Of a stretch of DNA of 32,036 nucleotides, positions 6,565 through 15,481 are shown one piece after another. A program made the translations under genes and the position numbers. Position 1 is the first letter of the stretch, and each line of letters begins with the position of its first letter. The stretch lies in NCBI GenBank assembly GCA_018712885.1, contig DVGE01000003.1, positions 1 to 32,036 of the forward strand, in the 5' to 3' direction. The notes beneath the pieces were generated by a model. That model was not told the DNA's origin. It did no database searches and saw only the letters and a program-made list of their open reading frames with translations. The stretch comes from Candidatus Pullichristensenella stercoripullorum. Lineage in GTDB: Bacteria; Bacillota; Clostridia; Christensenellales; Aristaeellaceae.

Positions 6565-8970
6565 TTGAAGAAGTATCCGTTCAACGCCGGGTGGCTCTTC
6601 TGCAAGGTGGGACAGGAGGCGGACAAGCGCCCCGTGACCTTGCCGCACGACGCCATGCTCGCGGAAAAGCGCTCCACCACCAGCAGCGGCGGCGCGCACA
6701 TCAGCTGGTTCGAAGGCGGCGACTACGCCTACGAAAAGACCTTTGCCTACGAAAACGGCGCCGTAGACGGCGCGCCCCTCCCGCCGGGCGGCAGCGCCCT
6801 GCTGGAGTTCGAGGGCGTGTACCGCAACGCCGAAGTCTACCTCAACGGCGAAAAGATCGCCGAGCGGCCCTATGGCTACACGAATTTCTACGTCGACCTC
6901 ACCGCCTCGCTCGTCGAAGGCGAGAACCGCCTGCGCGTGCTCGCCCGCAACGCCAAGCAGCCCAACAGCCGCTGGTACACGGGCTCGGGCATCTACCGGC
7001 CGGTGAACCTCTACATCCTCCCCGAGAAGCACATCCCCCTCAACGGCGTGCGCATCCGCACCACGGACCACGTCCGCCCGCAGGTGGAGATCACCGTGCA
7101 GACCGGCTTCCCCGGTCAGGTGGCGGTGGAGATCCGCAAAAAGGGCGAGGAAAGGGTGCTCTACCGCGCCGGGGGCGCGAGCGACGGCAGCCTCGTCCTC
7201 TCCGTGCCCATGCCCGGCGCCACGCTCTGGTCGCCGCAGACGCCCGCGCTCTACGTCTGCCGCGCGCTCTTTGAGGGCGACGAGATGGACGTCGTCTTCG
7301 GCGTGCGCACGCTGGAATGTACGGTGGAAAAGGGCTTCTGCCTCAACGGAGAGCGCGTGATCCTGCGCGGCGCCTGCATCCACCACGACAACGGACTGCT
7401 CGGCGCCATCACCGACCCCTTCGCCGAACGGCGGCGGGTGCGCCTGCTCAAACAGGCCGGCTACAACGCCATCCGCTCGGCGCACAACCCCTGCGCCAAG
7501 GCCCTGCTGGAAGCCTGCGACGAAGAGGGCATGCTGCTGATGGACGAGTACGTGGACATGTGGTACATCCACAAGACGCGCTACGACTACGTGGACGATT
7601 TCGAGCGCTGGTGGCGGCAGGACCTTTCCGACATGGTGGACAAGGACTACAACCACCCCTCGGTGATCATGTACTGTATCGGCAACGAGGTGGCGGAGAC
7701 CTCGCAGACGCGCGGCATCGAGCTCACCGGACAGATGACGCGCTTCATGCACAGCCTCGACGACACCCGCAAGGTCACCTGCGGCATCAACATATTCTTC
7801 AATTTCCTCTTCTCCATGGGCTTCGGCGTTTACAGCGACGCCAAGGCCGAGAAAGCCGCCAAGAGCACGGACGTGAAAAACTCCGCCGGCAGCGAGTTCT
7901 ACAACAACCTCGCCGGCCTCGCCGGGGCCCCGTTCATGAAGTTCGGCGCCACGCTGCACGGCAGCGACGTCAAAACGCGCGACGCCTTCGCGCAGATGGA
8001 CGTGGCCGGCTACAACTACGGCATCCGCCGCTATTCCAGGGACTTTGTCAAATACCCGCGGCGCATCATCCTCGGCACGGAGACCTTCTGCGCCGACACC
8101 TACGCCTTCTGGGAGCTGGCCAAGAAACACCCCGCCCTCATCGGCGATTTCGTCTGGGCCGGCATGGACTACATCGGCGAGGCCGGCATCGGCGCCTGGG
8201 AATACAAGGACTACGCGCCCGACTTCGCCCACGGCGCGGGCTGGATCACCGCCGGCTCCGGCCGCATCGACATCACCGGCAAGGTGGAGGGCAGGGGCGA
8301 GGTGCTCTACACGCGCGTGGCCTATGGCCTGGCCGACATCGGCATGGCCGTGGTGCCCGTGGCGCGGGAAAAGCGCCAACATTCGCCCTCGGCGTGGAAG
8401 TTCTCCAACGCCCTCGCCTCCTGGAGCTTCGAGGGCATGGAAGGCGCGCAGGCCACCGTGGAAGTCTACACCCGCGCGCCCCGGGCGGCGCTGTATCTGA
8501 ACGGGCGGAAAGTGGGCGAGAAAAAGCGGGGCAAAAACTGCCGCATCGTCTTTAAGACCGCCTATCAGCCCGGCACGCTGGAAGCGCGGGCGCTGGACGA
8601 AAACGGCCGCGAAGTAGCGCGCACATCGCTCACCAGCGCCGGACGGGAAACGCGGCTGACGCTGCGCCCCGAGCTGGAGGCGGTGGGCAAAAGCGATTTG
8701 TGCTACGTGCGCATACTCTACACCGACGAGCGCGGCGAGGTCAAGCCCCTCGCGCGCGGCAGGGTGGAGGTGCAGGTGGAAAACGGCACGCTGCTGGGCC
8801 TCGGCCACGCCTGTTCCTACAACGCCGACGGCTACTTAAACGATTTTACCGACACCTATTACGGCGAGGCGATGGCCGTCATCCGGCCCAACGGCAGGGG
8901 CGACGTCCACGTGATGGCGCAAAGTCCCTTCGGCGACGCCGAGGCCATGGTGCGCTGCGCGCCCGATTGA
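6565..8970 (+). CDS. glycoside hydrolase family 2 protein (beta-galactosidase-like)
   Basis: TTG start after GGGGAGGGG. GH2 hallmarks are present: WSPQTPALY, FGVRTLE, NAIRSAHNP, DEEGMLLMDE and NHPSVIMYCIGNE (acid/base Glu region). No signal peptide. Confidence 0.92.
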   Translation: MKKYPFNAGWLFCKVGQEADKRPVTLPHDAMLAEKRSTTSSGGAHISWFEGGDYAYEKTFAYENGAVDGAPLPPGGSALLEFEGVYRNAEVYLNGEKIAERPYGYTNFYVDLTASLVEGENRLRVLARNAKQPNSRWYTGSGIYRPVNLYILPEKHIPLNGVRIRTTDHVRPQVEITVQTGFPGQVAVEIRKKGEERVLYRAGGASDGSLVLSVPMPGATLWSPQTPALYVCRALFEGDEMDVVFGVRTLECTVEKGFCLNGERVILRGACIHHDNGLLGAITDPFAERRRVRLLKQAGYNAIRSAHNPCAKALLEACDEEGMLLMDEYVDMWYIHKTRYDYVDDFERWWRQDLSDMVDKDYNHPSVIMYCIGNEVAETSQTRGIELTGQMTRFMHSLDDTRKVTCGINIFFNFLFSMGFGVYSDAKAEKAAKSTDVKNSAGSEFYNNLAGLAGAPFMKFGATLHGSDVKTRDAFAQMDVAGYNYGIRRYSRDFVKYPRRIILGTETFCADTYAFWELAKKHPALIGDFVWAGMDYIGEAGIGAWEYKDYAPDFAHGAGWITAGSGRIDITGKVEGRGEVLYTRVAYGLADIGMAVVPVAREKRQHSPSAWKFSNALASWSFEGMEGAQATVEVYTRAPRAALYLNGRKVGEKKRGKNCRIVFKTAYQPGTLEARALDENGREVARTSLTSAGRETRLTLRPELEAVGKSDLCYVRILYTDERGEVKPLARGRVEVQVENGTLLGLGHACSYNADGYLNDFTDTYYGEAMAVIRPNGRGDVHVMAQSPFGDAEAMVRCAPD

Positions 8971-9149
8971 CGTTAGTTTTTTGTTGCGACGGGAAGGAGC
9001 CGCGCACGGAAGGAGGGAAAGGCAGCGCCCGGCGCCGCAAGGCCAAAGAGGGGACGGCCCCAAACTGTTCGCAAGGTATTTTCCCATGGTCCCCATATCC
9101 CCATGACCCGCACAGGCGTGCAAAGCGAGAGAAAGGATGGAGGTAGAAC

Positions 9150-11594
9150 ATGAAGAAGATCACTTCCGTGGTACTGGCGCTGTTGCTGGCATTGTCGATG
9201 ATGTCCGGCTTCGCCGCCGCCGAGAGCAAGCTGTGGACAGAAGAGGACATGCCCGACGGCTGGACGAAGATCGTCAACGAGGGCGGCGCCACTCTGGGCT
9301 ATTCCAAGGATTCCGGCCTGCAGATCATCGAGGCCGACGGCTACGCCTTCAAGGACCTCGACCGCGACGGCGAACTGGACACCTTTGAAGACTGGCGCGT
9401 GGGCTACGCCGAGCGCGCGCAGGCTCTGGTGGACTCGGGCCTTCTCACCACCGAGTTCATGATGGGCATGAAGATGAACCCCTTCAGCATCGGCACCGCC
9501 GATCCCGAGGAGCTGCAGGAAAAGACCACGCAGTCCCTCGACGCCGGCTATCGCCACATCCGCTTCCCCAACGGCCCCGCTGAGACCGTGGTCGGCTGGA
9601 ACAACAACATCCAGAAGTACATCGAGTCCAGCACGGCCAACGCCGTGGTCATCCCCGCCACCTACATCGCCGACCCGCTGGGCGGCAACGGCGTGACCAA
9701 GTGGCCCGGCAACCTCGGCATCGCGGCCACGTTTGACCCGGAGATCGCCGCGCAGTACGGCGAGACGCTCTCCAAGGAATGGCGCGCGCTGGGCATTTCC
9801 ATGAAGGTCGGCCCGCAGATCGACCTGGCCACCGAGCCCCGCTGGAACCGCATCGACGCCACCTTCGGCGAAGACCCGCAGCTGGCCATGGACATGACCC
9901 GCGCCATGATCAACGCCTGGCAGTCCACCTATGACGAGGAAGGCAACGACCTCGGCTGGGGCAAGGACAGCGTCAACACCCAGATCAAGCACCTCTGGGC
10001 CGAGGGCGCGGCCGAGGCCGGCCGTGAGGCCCATTCGCTGGACGGCGCTTACAACGTCTATCCCGGCGGCAACCAGTACACCCAGCTGCTGCCCTTCCTG
10101 GCCGCGCTCGACCTGCCCGGCCTGACGGAAGCCTCCTCCTCGGCGATGACCAACTTCTCCATCGCTGTGGACGCCTACGGCGAGTCCATCGGCGGCGACC
10201 GGATCGCCACCAGCTACAACGAGTGGAAGCTCCAGGATATGTGGCGCATCGCCAACAACTGGGACGGCTTCATCCTCACCGACTTCAACGTGCATGTGGA
10301 CAAGTGCTACGGCGCTGAGGACATGACCACCGAGGAGCGCCTGCTGCAGATCCTCGTGGCCGGCTGCGACGCCTGGGGCAACATGGGCAACGACCCCGTG
10401 GCCGACATGGAGACCGCCATGGCCGTCTATGATCTGGGCGTCGAAGAGTACGGCCAGGAAGAGATGGATCAGCTCATGGCCGATTCCACCCGCCACATCC
10501 TCGTGACCCTCTTCAACGTCGGCATCGTCGACAACCCCTACCTCGAGGTCGAGACCGCTTCCACCGTGCCCAACAACGCCGAGCACACCGCCATGGCCTT
10601 CGACGCGCAGATGAAGTCCGTGGTCATGCTCAAGAACAGCGAAGGCATCATCAAGGAAGCCGGCGAAGAGAAGCTGACCGTCTACATCCCCTGGAAGTTC
10701 ACGCCCGCCAAGGAGCAGTTCGGCAACACCACGCCCTCTTCCTGGGAGCCCTGCATGGACATCCAGACCGCCCTGCAGTACTTCAACGTCGTCACCGACA
10801 AGGCCGGCGCCCCCAGCGGCACGGATGAGAACGGCGAACCCATGTTCACCGAGGAAGACGTCATCCGCGCCACCGACGAGGAGATCGCTTCCTGCGACTT
10901 CGCCCTCGTGCGCATCGCCAGCCCCGAGAGCAACAACCCCACCACCTCTTATGACGAGAACATGAACGTGCCCGAGGATTACGAGTACCTGCCCATCTCG
11001 CTGCAGTACCGTCCCTACACCGCCAACGGCATGTACGTGCGCTTCGAGTCCATCGGCGGCCAGATCACCGTGGAAGAGGTCGAGGGCGTCTACGGCCCCG
11101 AGACCGTCTACGAGAAGGAAGACCGCAACTACTTCGGCAAGACCACCACGACGGCCAACGAATCCGACCTCGACCTGGTGCTCGACACCGCTGCCCGCGT
11201 GGACAAGGTGGTCGTGCTCGTGGACGTGTGGACTCCGATGATCTTCTCCGAGTTCGAGTCTGAAGTGGACGCCATCCTCGTCGACTGGGGCGGCGGACGT
11301 TCCCCGGTCATCGACGACGCGGCCTTCTTCGAGATCGTCGCCGGCAATGTGGAGCCCTCCGGCCTGCTGCCCGTGCAGATGCCCGCGAACATGGATACCG
11401 TCGAGGCACAGTATGAGGACGTGCCGCGCGACATGGAATGCTACGTGGACGCCGACGGCAACACCTATGACTTCACCTTCGGCCTCAACTGGTCCGGCGT
11501 CATCGACGACGAGCGTGTCGCCAAGTACAACGTCGAGCCCATCAGCGTGGACGAGACCACCGTGCAGGAGTACTTCCGCGCCGCCGCTGAATAA
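9150..11594 (+). CDS. secreted glycoside hydrolase family 3 protein (canonical domain order)
   Basis: ATG after GGATGGAGG. Signal peptide MKKITSVVLALLLALSMMSGFAAAE. GH3 N-domain motifs are present: WPGNLGIAATFD, GPQIDLATEPRWNRIDATFGEDP and GFILTDF. Confidence 0.92.
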   Translation: MKKITSVVLALLLALSMMSGFAAAESKLWTEEDMPDGWTKIVNEGGATLGYSKDSGLQIIEADGYAFKDLDRDGELDTFEDWRVGYAERAQALVDSGLLTTEFMMGMKMNPFSIGTADPEELQEKTTQSLDAGYRHIRFPNGPAETVVGWNNNIQKYIESSTANAVVIPATYIADPLGGNGVTKWPGNLGIAATFDPEIAAQYGETLSKEWRALGISMKVGPQIDLATEPRWNRIDATFGEDPQLAMDMTRAMINAWQSTYDEEGNDLGWGKDSVNTQIKHLWAEGAAEAGREAHSLDGAYNVYPGGNQYTQLLPFLAALDLPGLTEASSSAMTNFSIAVDAYGESIGGDRIATSYNEWKLQDMWRIANNWDGFILTDFNVHVDKCYGAEDMTTEERLLQILVAGCDAWGNMGNDPVADMETAMAVYDLGVEEYGQEEMDQLMADSTRHILVTLFNVGIVDNPYLEVETASTVPNNAEHTAMAFDAQMKSVVMLKNSEGIIKEAGEEKLTVYIPWKFTPAKEQFGNTTPSSWEPCMDIQTALQYFNVVTDKAGAPSGTDENGEPMFTEEDVIRATDEEIASCDFALVRIASPESNNPTTSYDENMNVPEDYEYLPISLQYRPYTANGMYVRFESIGGQITVEEVEGVYGPETVYEKEDRNYFGKTTTTANESDLDLVLDTAARVDKVVVLVDVWTPMIFSEFESEVDAILVDWGGGRSPVIDDAAFFEIVAGNVEPSGLLPVQMPANMDTVEAQYEDVPRDMECYVDADGNTYDFTFGLNWSGVIDDERVAKYNVEPISVDETTVQEYFRAAAE

Positions 11595-11750
11595 GCCGAA
11601 AACATCCCGATCCCAAGCGCCCACCCCCGGCCCTGACCGGGGGTGGGCAGGCAGACCATCCCGTGCGGCGGGGGCGCGGCCGTCTCCCTTCCCAACGGGA
11701 GACCGCGGCCCCGCCGCCGTCGCATGAGCAAAAAACAAGGAAGTGAGCGT

Positions 11751-14700
11751 ATGCGAAAAGTCAAGCGCTGGACGGGCCTGTCCTGCATCATGGCCTTCCT
11801 GCTGGTCTTCTCCATCCTGGGCACGAGCTGCGCCATGAGTTACGACAGCGTGGTCAACGGCGCGCTGGGCATCCAGGTCAGCAAGATCGTCGAGGGCGAA
11901 GCCCCGGAAGGTGAGGAAGCCGACACCACCTACTACAAGAGCGCCTATGGCGAACTGAACGAGGACAATCTTGAATTGGTCAAGGAAGCCTCCTACGCGC
12001 AGGCCGTGCAGGAGCAGGAGGAAGGCACCGTCCTGCTCTACAACAAGGACGGCGCGCTGCCGCTGAAGGAAGACGAGCTGCAGGGCACGCTCTTCGGCCA
12101 CGCCGTGGTGCAGCCGCTCTACCGCAACAGCTCCGCCGGTTCCCGCGCCTACGACAGCATGAGCGGCGTTGACCTTTATAAGGCGCTCGGCGCCGTTGGC
12201 TTCAAGGTGAACCCCGGGCTCTATAACGCCTACCGCCAGAGCGCCACCGCCCGCAACACCGGCACCGCCACCTCCTTCTTTGCCGAGGGCGACGGCGGCA
12301 ACACCTGGTCGCTGGGCGAGGAGCCCATCGAGTTCTACACCGATGAGATCAAGGCCACTTGGGCCGAGCAGTTCAACAAGGTCGCCATCGTCATGCTCGC
12401 CCGGCAGGGCGGCGAGGGCGTGGAGCTCCTGATGGAAACGCCCACCGAGGGCATCAGCCAGCTCGCCCTTTCGCAGGATGAAAAAGACCTGCTGGCGATG
12501 ATCCGCGACAGCGGCGATTTTGACAAGACCATCGTACTCATCAACAGCGGCAACCCCATGGAGATGGACTGGCTGGAAGAGTACGAAGTGGATGCGGCGC
12601 TGTGGATCGGCTGCCCGGGCGAGAAGGGCTTCACCGGCGTCGCCAACATCCTCACCGGCGCGGCCAACCCCTCCGGCCGCCTCATCGAGACCTACGCGGC
12701 GGATTCCCTCTCCGCCCCGGCCACCAAGGTCAACAGCCACAACAACCAGACCTGGGCCAACATCGACGAGATGCTCGCCAAGACCGATTCCTCCCCCTCG
12801 GAGCTTTCCTACTACGCGGTGCAGTCCGAGGGCATCTACATCGGCTACAAGTACTACGAGACGCGCTATGAGGACGTGATCCTCGGCCGCTTCGGGGCGG
12901 ACAGCGACGTCGGTTCCTCCTTCGGCACGGCCTGGAACTACGCCGACGAAGTGGTGTTCCCCTTCGGCTACGGCCTGAGCTACACCACCTTTGAGCAGAC
13001 GCTCGACAGCGTCGAGGTCGGCGAGGACACCGTCACCGTGACCGTCACCGTCACCAACACCGGCGAGGTGGCCGGCAAGAGCGCCGTGCAGGTCTACGCG
13101 CAGACCCCCTACGGCGAGTATGAGCAGACCAACCTGGTGGAGAAGTCCGCCATCCAGCTGCTCGACTTCGGCAAGACCGGCCTGCTCGAGCCCGGCGCGT
13201 CGCAGACCCTGACCATCGAGTGCGACAAGTACCTGCTGGCCAGCTACGATTACACCGCCGCCAAGGGCTATATCCTCAGCGAGGGCGACTACTACGTGGC
13301 CATCGGCGACAACGTCCACGACGCGCTCAACAACGTGCTCGCCGCCAAGGGCGCCACTGGCATGGTGGACGAGGCCGGCAACGCCGTCGAAGGCGACGCG
13401 GCCAAGACCTTCACCTGGACGGAGGCGTTCGACGCCGAGAAGTACAAGCGCTCCCCCTACACCGGCGCGGAAGTCACCAACCAGTTTGAAAACGCCGACG
13501 CCAACTACTGGTTCGAGGACTGCGTCACCTACCTGACCCGTCAGGATTGGGCAGGCACCTTCCCCACGGAGCCGGTCACCGGCCTTGCCCTCACCGACGA
13601 GATGCTCACGCTGCTCAACGGCGACCTCTACGAAAAGCCCGAGGACGCCCCCTCCGTTTCCGCCTACACCCAGGGCGAGAATCAGGGCGTGCTGCTGGTG
13701 AACATGATGGGCGTGGATTACGATGACCCGCTGTGGGATTCGTTCATCGACCAGCTCACCATCGAGGAAATGGCCTCGCTGATCTCCAACAACTTCGGCA
13801 CCGACAAGGTCTCCTCCATCGGCAAGCCCGCCTCTCCCGCCGGCGACGGCCCGGACGGCATCGGCGGCTACACCGACCGCTTCCCCGAGGAATACGGCAA
13901 GAATGTGCAGACCACGTCCTTCCCCAACGAGAGCCTGCTGGCCTCCACCTTCAACAAGGACCTGATGCGCACGCGCGGCGAACAGATCGGCGAAGAGGGC
14001 CTCTACCTCGGCGTGGTGGAAGTCTGGGGCCCCGGCGCCAACCTGCACCGCACGCCCTTTGGCGGCCGCTCCTTCGAGTACTTCTCCGAGGACGCCAACA
14101 TGAACTACCTCTGCGCCAGCCCCATCGTGCAGGGCGTGGAGTCCAAGGGCGTCCACTCCGGCCCCAAGCACCTGGCCGGCAACGATCAGGAAGTCAACCG
14201 CCAGGGCATCGCCAACTTCTTCAACGAGCAGGCCTTCCGCGAGGGCGCGCTGCGCGGCCTTGAAGGCGGCGTGGCCGTGGGCGAGGCGCAGTCGCTGATG
14301 CAGGCGTTCAACCGCCTCGGCTTTATCGGCTGCTCGCTGAGCGAGGCGCTGAACAAGACCGTGGTGCGCGACGAGTGGGGCTATCAGGGCCACATCGAGA
14401 CCGACGCCATCGGCACCTCCAGCACCGGCTACAAGGCGGCCTTCACCACCATGCTCGCCGCCGGCACCGACTCCTTCTGCCTCGATACCCAGCGGCAGAC
14501 CCCGACCGCCATCGCCACCGCCATCACCGAGAACGACGACGGCTACCTGCTCGGCGAGCTGCGCCGCGCCGCGAAGAACATACTCTACAACGACGCCAAC
14601 AGCAACATCATGAACGGCCTGAACAACAACTCCGTCATCGTCAGCATCACGCCCTGGTGGCAGCCCGCGCTGCACTGGACGATCGCCGGCTTCGCGGTGC

Positions 14701-14777
14701 TCACCGCGCTGTGCCTTATCATGCTGACCATTGCGAAAGTGCGCTACAACAAGGAGAAAGGAGCGGTGCAGGGATGA
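11751..14777 (+). CDS. glycoside hydrolase family 3 protein with permuted domain order, N-terminal signal/anchor and C-terminal TM helix
   Basis: ATG at 11751 after AAGGAAGTGAG; the upstream in-frame ATG at 11724 lacks an RBS. The alpha/beta-sandwich and FnIII-like motifs come first (NPSGRLIETYA, EGIYIGYKYYE, FPFGYGLSYTTF, VTVTNTGEVAGKSAVQVYAQ). The TIM-barrel motifs come last (RTPFGGRSFEYFSEDA, KHLAGNDQE, WGYQGHIETDA). Confidence 0.9.
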   Translation: MRKVKRWTGLSCIMAFLLVFSILGTSCAMSYDSVVNGALGIQVSKIVEGEAPEGEEADTTYYKSAYGELNEDNLELVKEASYAQAVQEQEEGTVLLYNKDGALPLKEDELQGTLFGHAVVQPLYRNSSAGSRAYDSMSGVDLYKALGAVGFKVNPGLYNAYRQSATARNTGTATSFFAEGDGGNTWSLGEEPIEFYTDEIKATWAEQFNKVAIVMLARQGGEGVELLMETPTEGISQLALSQDEKDLLAMIRDSGDFDKTIVLINSGNPMEMDWLEEYEVDAALWIGCPGEKGFTGVANILTGAANPSGRLIETYAADSLSAPATKVNSHNNQTWANIDEMLAKTDSSPSELSYYAVQSEGIYIGYKYYETRYEDVILGRFGADSDVGSSFGTAWNYADEVVFPFGYGLSYTTFEQTLDSVEVGEDTVTVTVTVTNTGEVAGKSAVQVYAQTPYGEYEQTNLVEKSAIQLLDFGKTGLLEPGASQTLTIECDKYLLASYDYTAAKGYILSEGDYYVAIGDNVHDALNNVLAAKGATGMVDEAGNAVEGDAAKTFTWTEAFDAEKYKRSPYTGAEVTNQFENADANYWFEDCVTYLTRQDWAGTFPTEPVTGLALTDEMLTLLNGDLYEKPEDAPSVSAYTQGENQGVLLVNMMGVDYDDPLWDSFIDQLTIEEMASLISNNFGTDKVSSIGKPASPAGDGPDGIGGYTDRFPEEYGKNVQTTSFPNESLLASTFNKDLMRTRGEQIGEEGLYLGVVEVWGPGANLHRTPFGGRSFEYFSEDANMNYLCASPIVQGVESKGVHSGPKHLAGNDQEVNRQGIANFFNEQAFREGALRGLEGGVAVGEAQSLMQAFNRLGFIGCSLSEALNKTVVRDEWGYQGHIETDAIGTSSTGYKAAFTTMLAAGTDSFCLDTQRQTPTAIATAITENDDGYLLGELRRAAKNILYNDANSNIMNGLNNNSVIVSITPWWQPALHWTIAGFAVLTALCLIMLTIAKVRYNKEKGAVQG

Positions 14778-15172
14778 AATTCTTGAAGAACAAGGCAGCG
14801 GGCTTCTACCTGCTGCTCGTGGCGCTGGTATTCGCCGTCATCTCCACCATCTACTACGTCAGCTGGGCGCAGGCGAACTTCGCCATGAACAGCGTCGTGG
14901 TCATCGCCATGGCCGCGGGTCTGGCGGTCAACCTGCTGCTGCTCTTTGTGGACAGCGACTATCTGGTCGTCATCCTCACGGCGCTCTACGGCGTGGGCAT
15001 GATCCAGCTGCTGGTGGACAACGCCGGCTCCTTCGCCGACGCCTATCAGGGCATCGTCATGTTCGGCGATCCCACCCAGGTGGGCACGGTGCTGACCATC
15101 GCCGCTCTGGCAGCCGTGGCCGCGCTTGCCGTGATCGTCGCCGGCTTCATGAACCGACGCAAAGCGGCCTAG
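14774..15172 (+). CDS. hypothetical 4-TM membrane protein, translationally coupled to the permuted GH3
   Basis: ATGA start/stop overlap with the GH3 gene, with GGAG upstream. The 132-aa product has four hydrophobic segments. I recognise no family. Confidence 0.7.
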   Translation: MKFLKNKAAGFYLLLVALVFAVISTIYYVSWAQANFAMNSVVVIAMAAGLAVNLLLLFVDSDYLVVILTALYGVGMIQLLVDNAGSFADAYQGIVMFGDPTQVGTVLTIAALAAVAALAVIVAGFMNRRKAA

Positions 15173-15255
15173 ACCTCCGGGGGAGGGCGAGACCAGCCGC
15201 CCTCCCTTCATGGCCGCCGCAAGCGCGCCGCCGCCGGGCCGCCGGCGCCGCGGCG

Positions 15256-15297
15256 CGGCCGCCCCTGACGCGATCACACCGCGCGGGGGCGGCCTTT
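15256..15297 (+). terminator. candidate terminator of the GH operon
   Basis: Stem GGCCGCCCC/GGGGCGGCC with a structured ~20-nt loop, followed by TTTT. A second weaker hairpin (GGGAGGGCG/CGCCCTCCC, 15181-15206) lies just after the stop. Confidence 0.45.
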
Positions 15298-15339
15298 TGC
15301 GCGCCGCCCGGCGCGCTCCCGCCGCATGGCGCATAAGAA

Positions 15340-15380
15340 GGCCGCTTCTGAACATGTCTCCGTTCAGAAGCGGCCCTTTT
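15340..15380. terminator. bidirectional terminator between the convergent GH operon and the histidine kinase gene
   Basis: 14-bp perfect stem GGCCGCTTCTGAAC/GTTCAGAAGCGGCC with an 8-nt loop. It is followed by CTTTTG on the + strand and TTCTTAT on the - strand. Confidence 0.6.
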
Positions 15381-15481
15381 GCGTCCCGACCTGTCCAACG
15401 GCTGCGAATATCGCCCCGATAAAGTGAAGATCCGCGGCAATGCCTGCTTCCCCGGCCGCGGCATGCTCAACGTGCGCCCGC

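Noticed and set aside
6535-8808. 757-aa minus-strand ORF opposite the GH2 gene
   Set aside because: Same composition artefact. There is no RBS and no recognisable domain, and it fully overlaps a motif-rich GH2 CDS.
11676-11711. Apparent long second GC hairpin between the GH3 genes
   Set aside because: On base-by-base pairing only a 7-bp core (GTCTCCC/GGGAGAC) is complementary, and the flanking GC runs mispair. It is mentioned only as a weak structure.
8973-14675. 1900-aa ORF on the minus strand spanning both GH3 genes
   Set aside because: It is antisense to two well-supported GH3 genes. The translation is low-complexity Gly/Ala/Val/Asp/His-rich with no motifs. Long stop-free antisense frames are expected when the sense strand has G/C-rich third positions.
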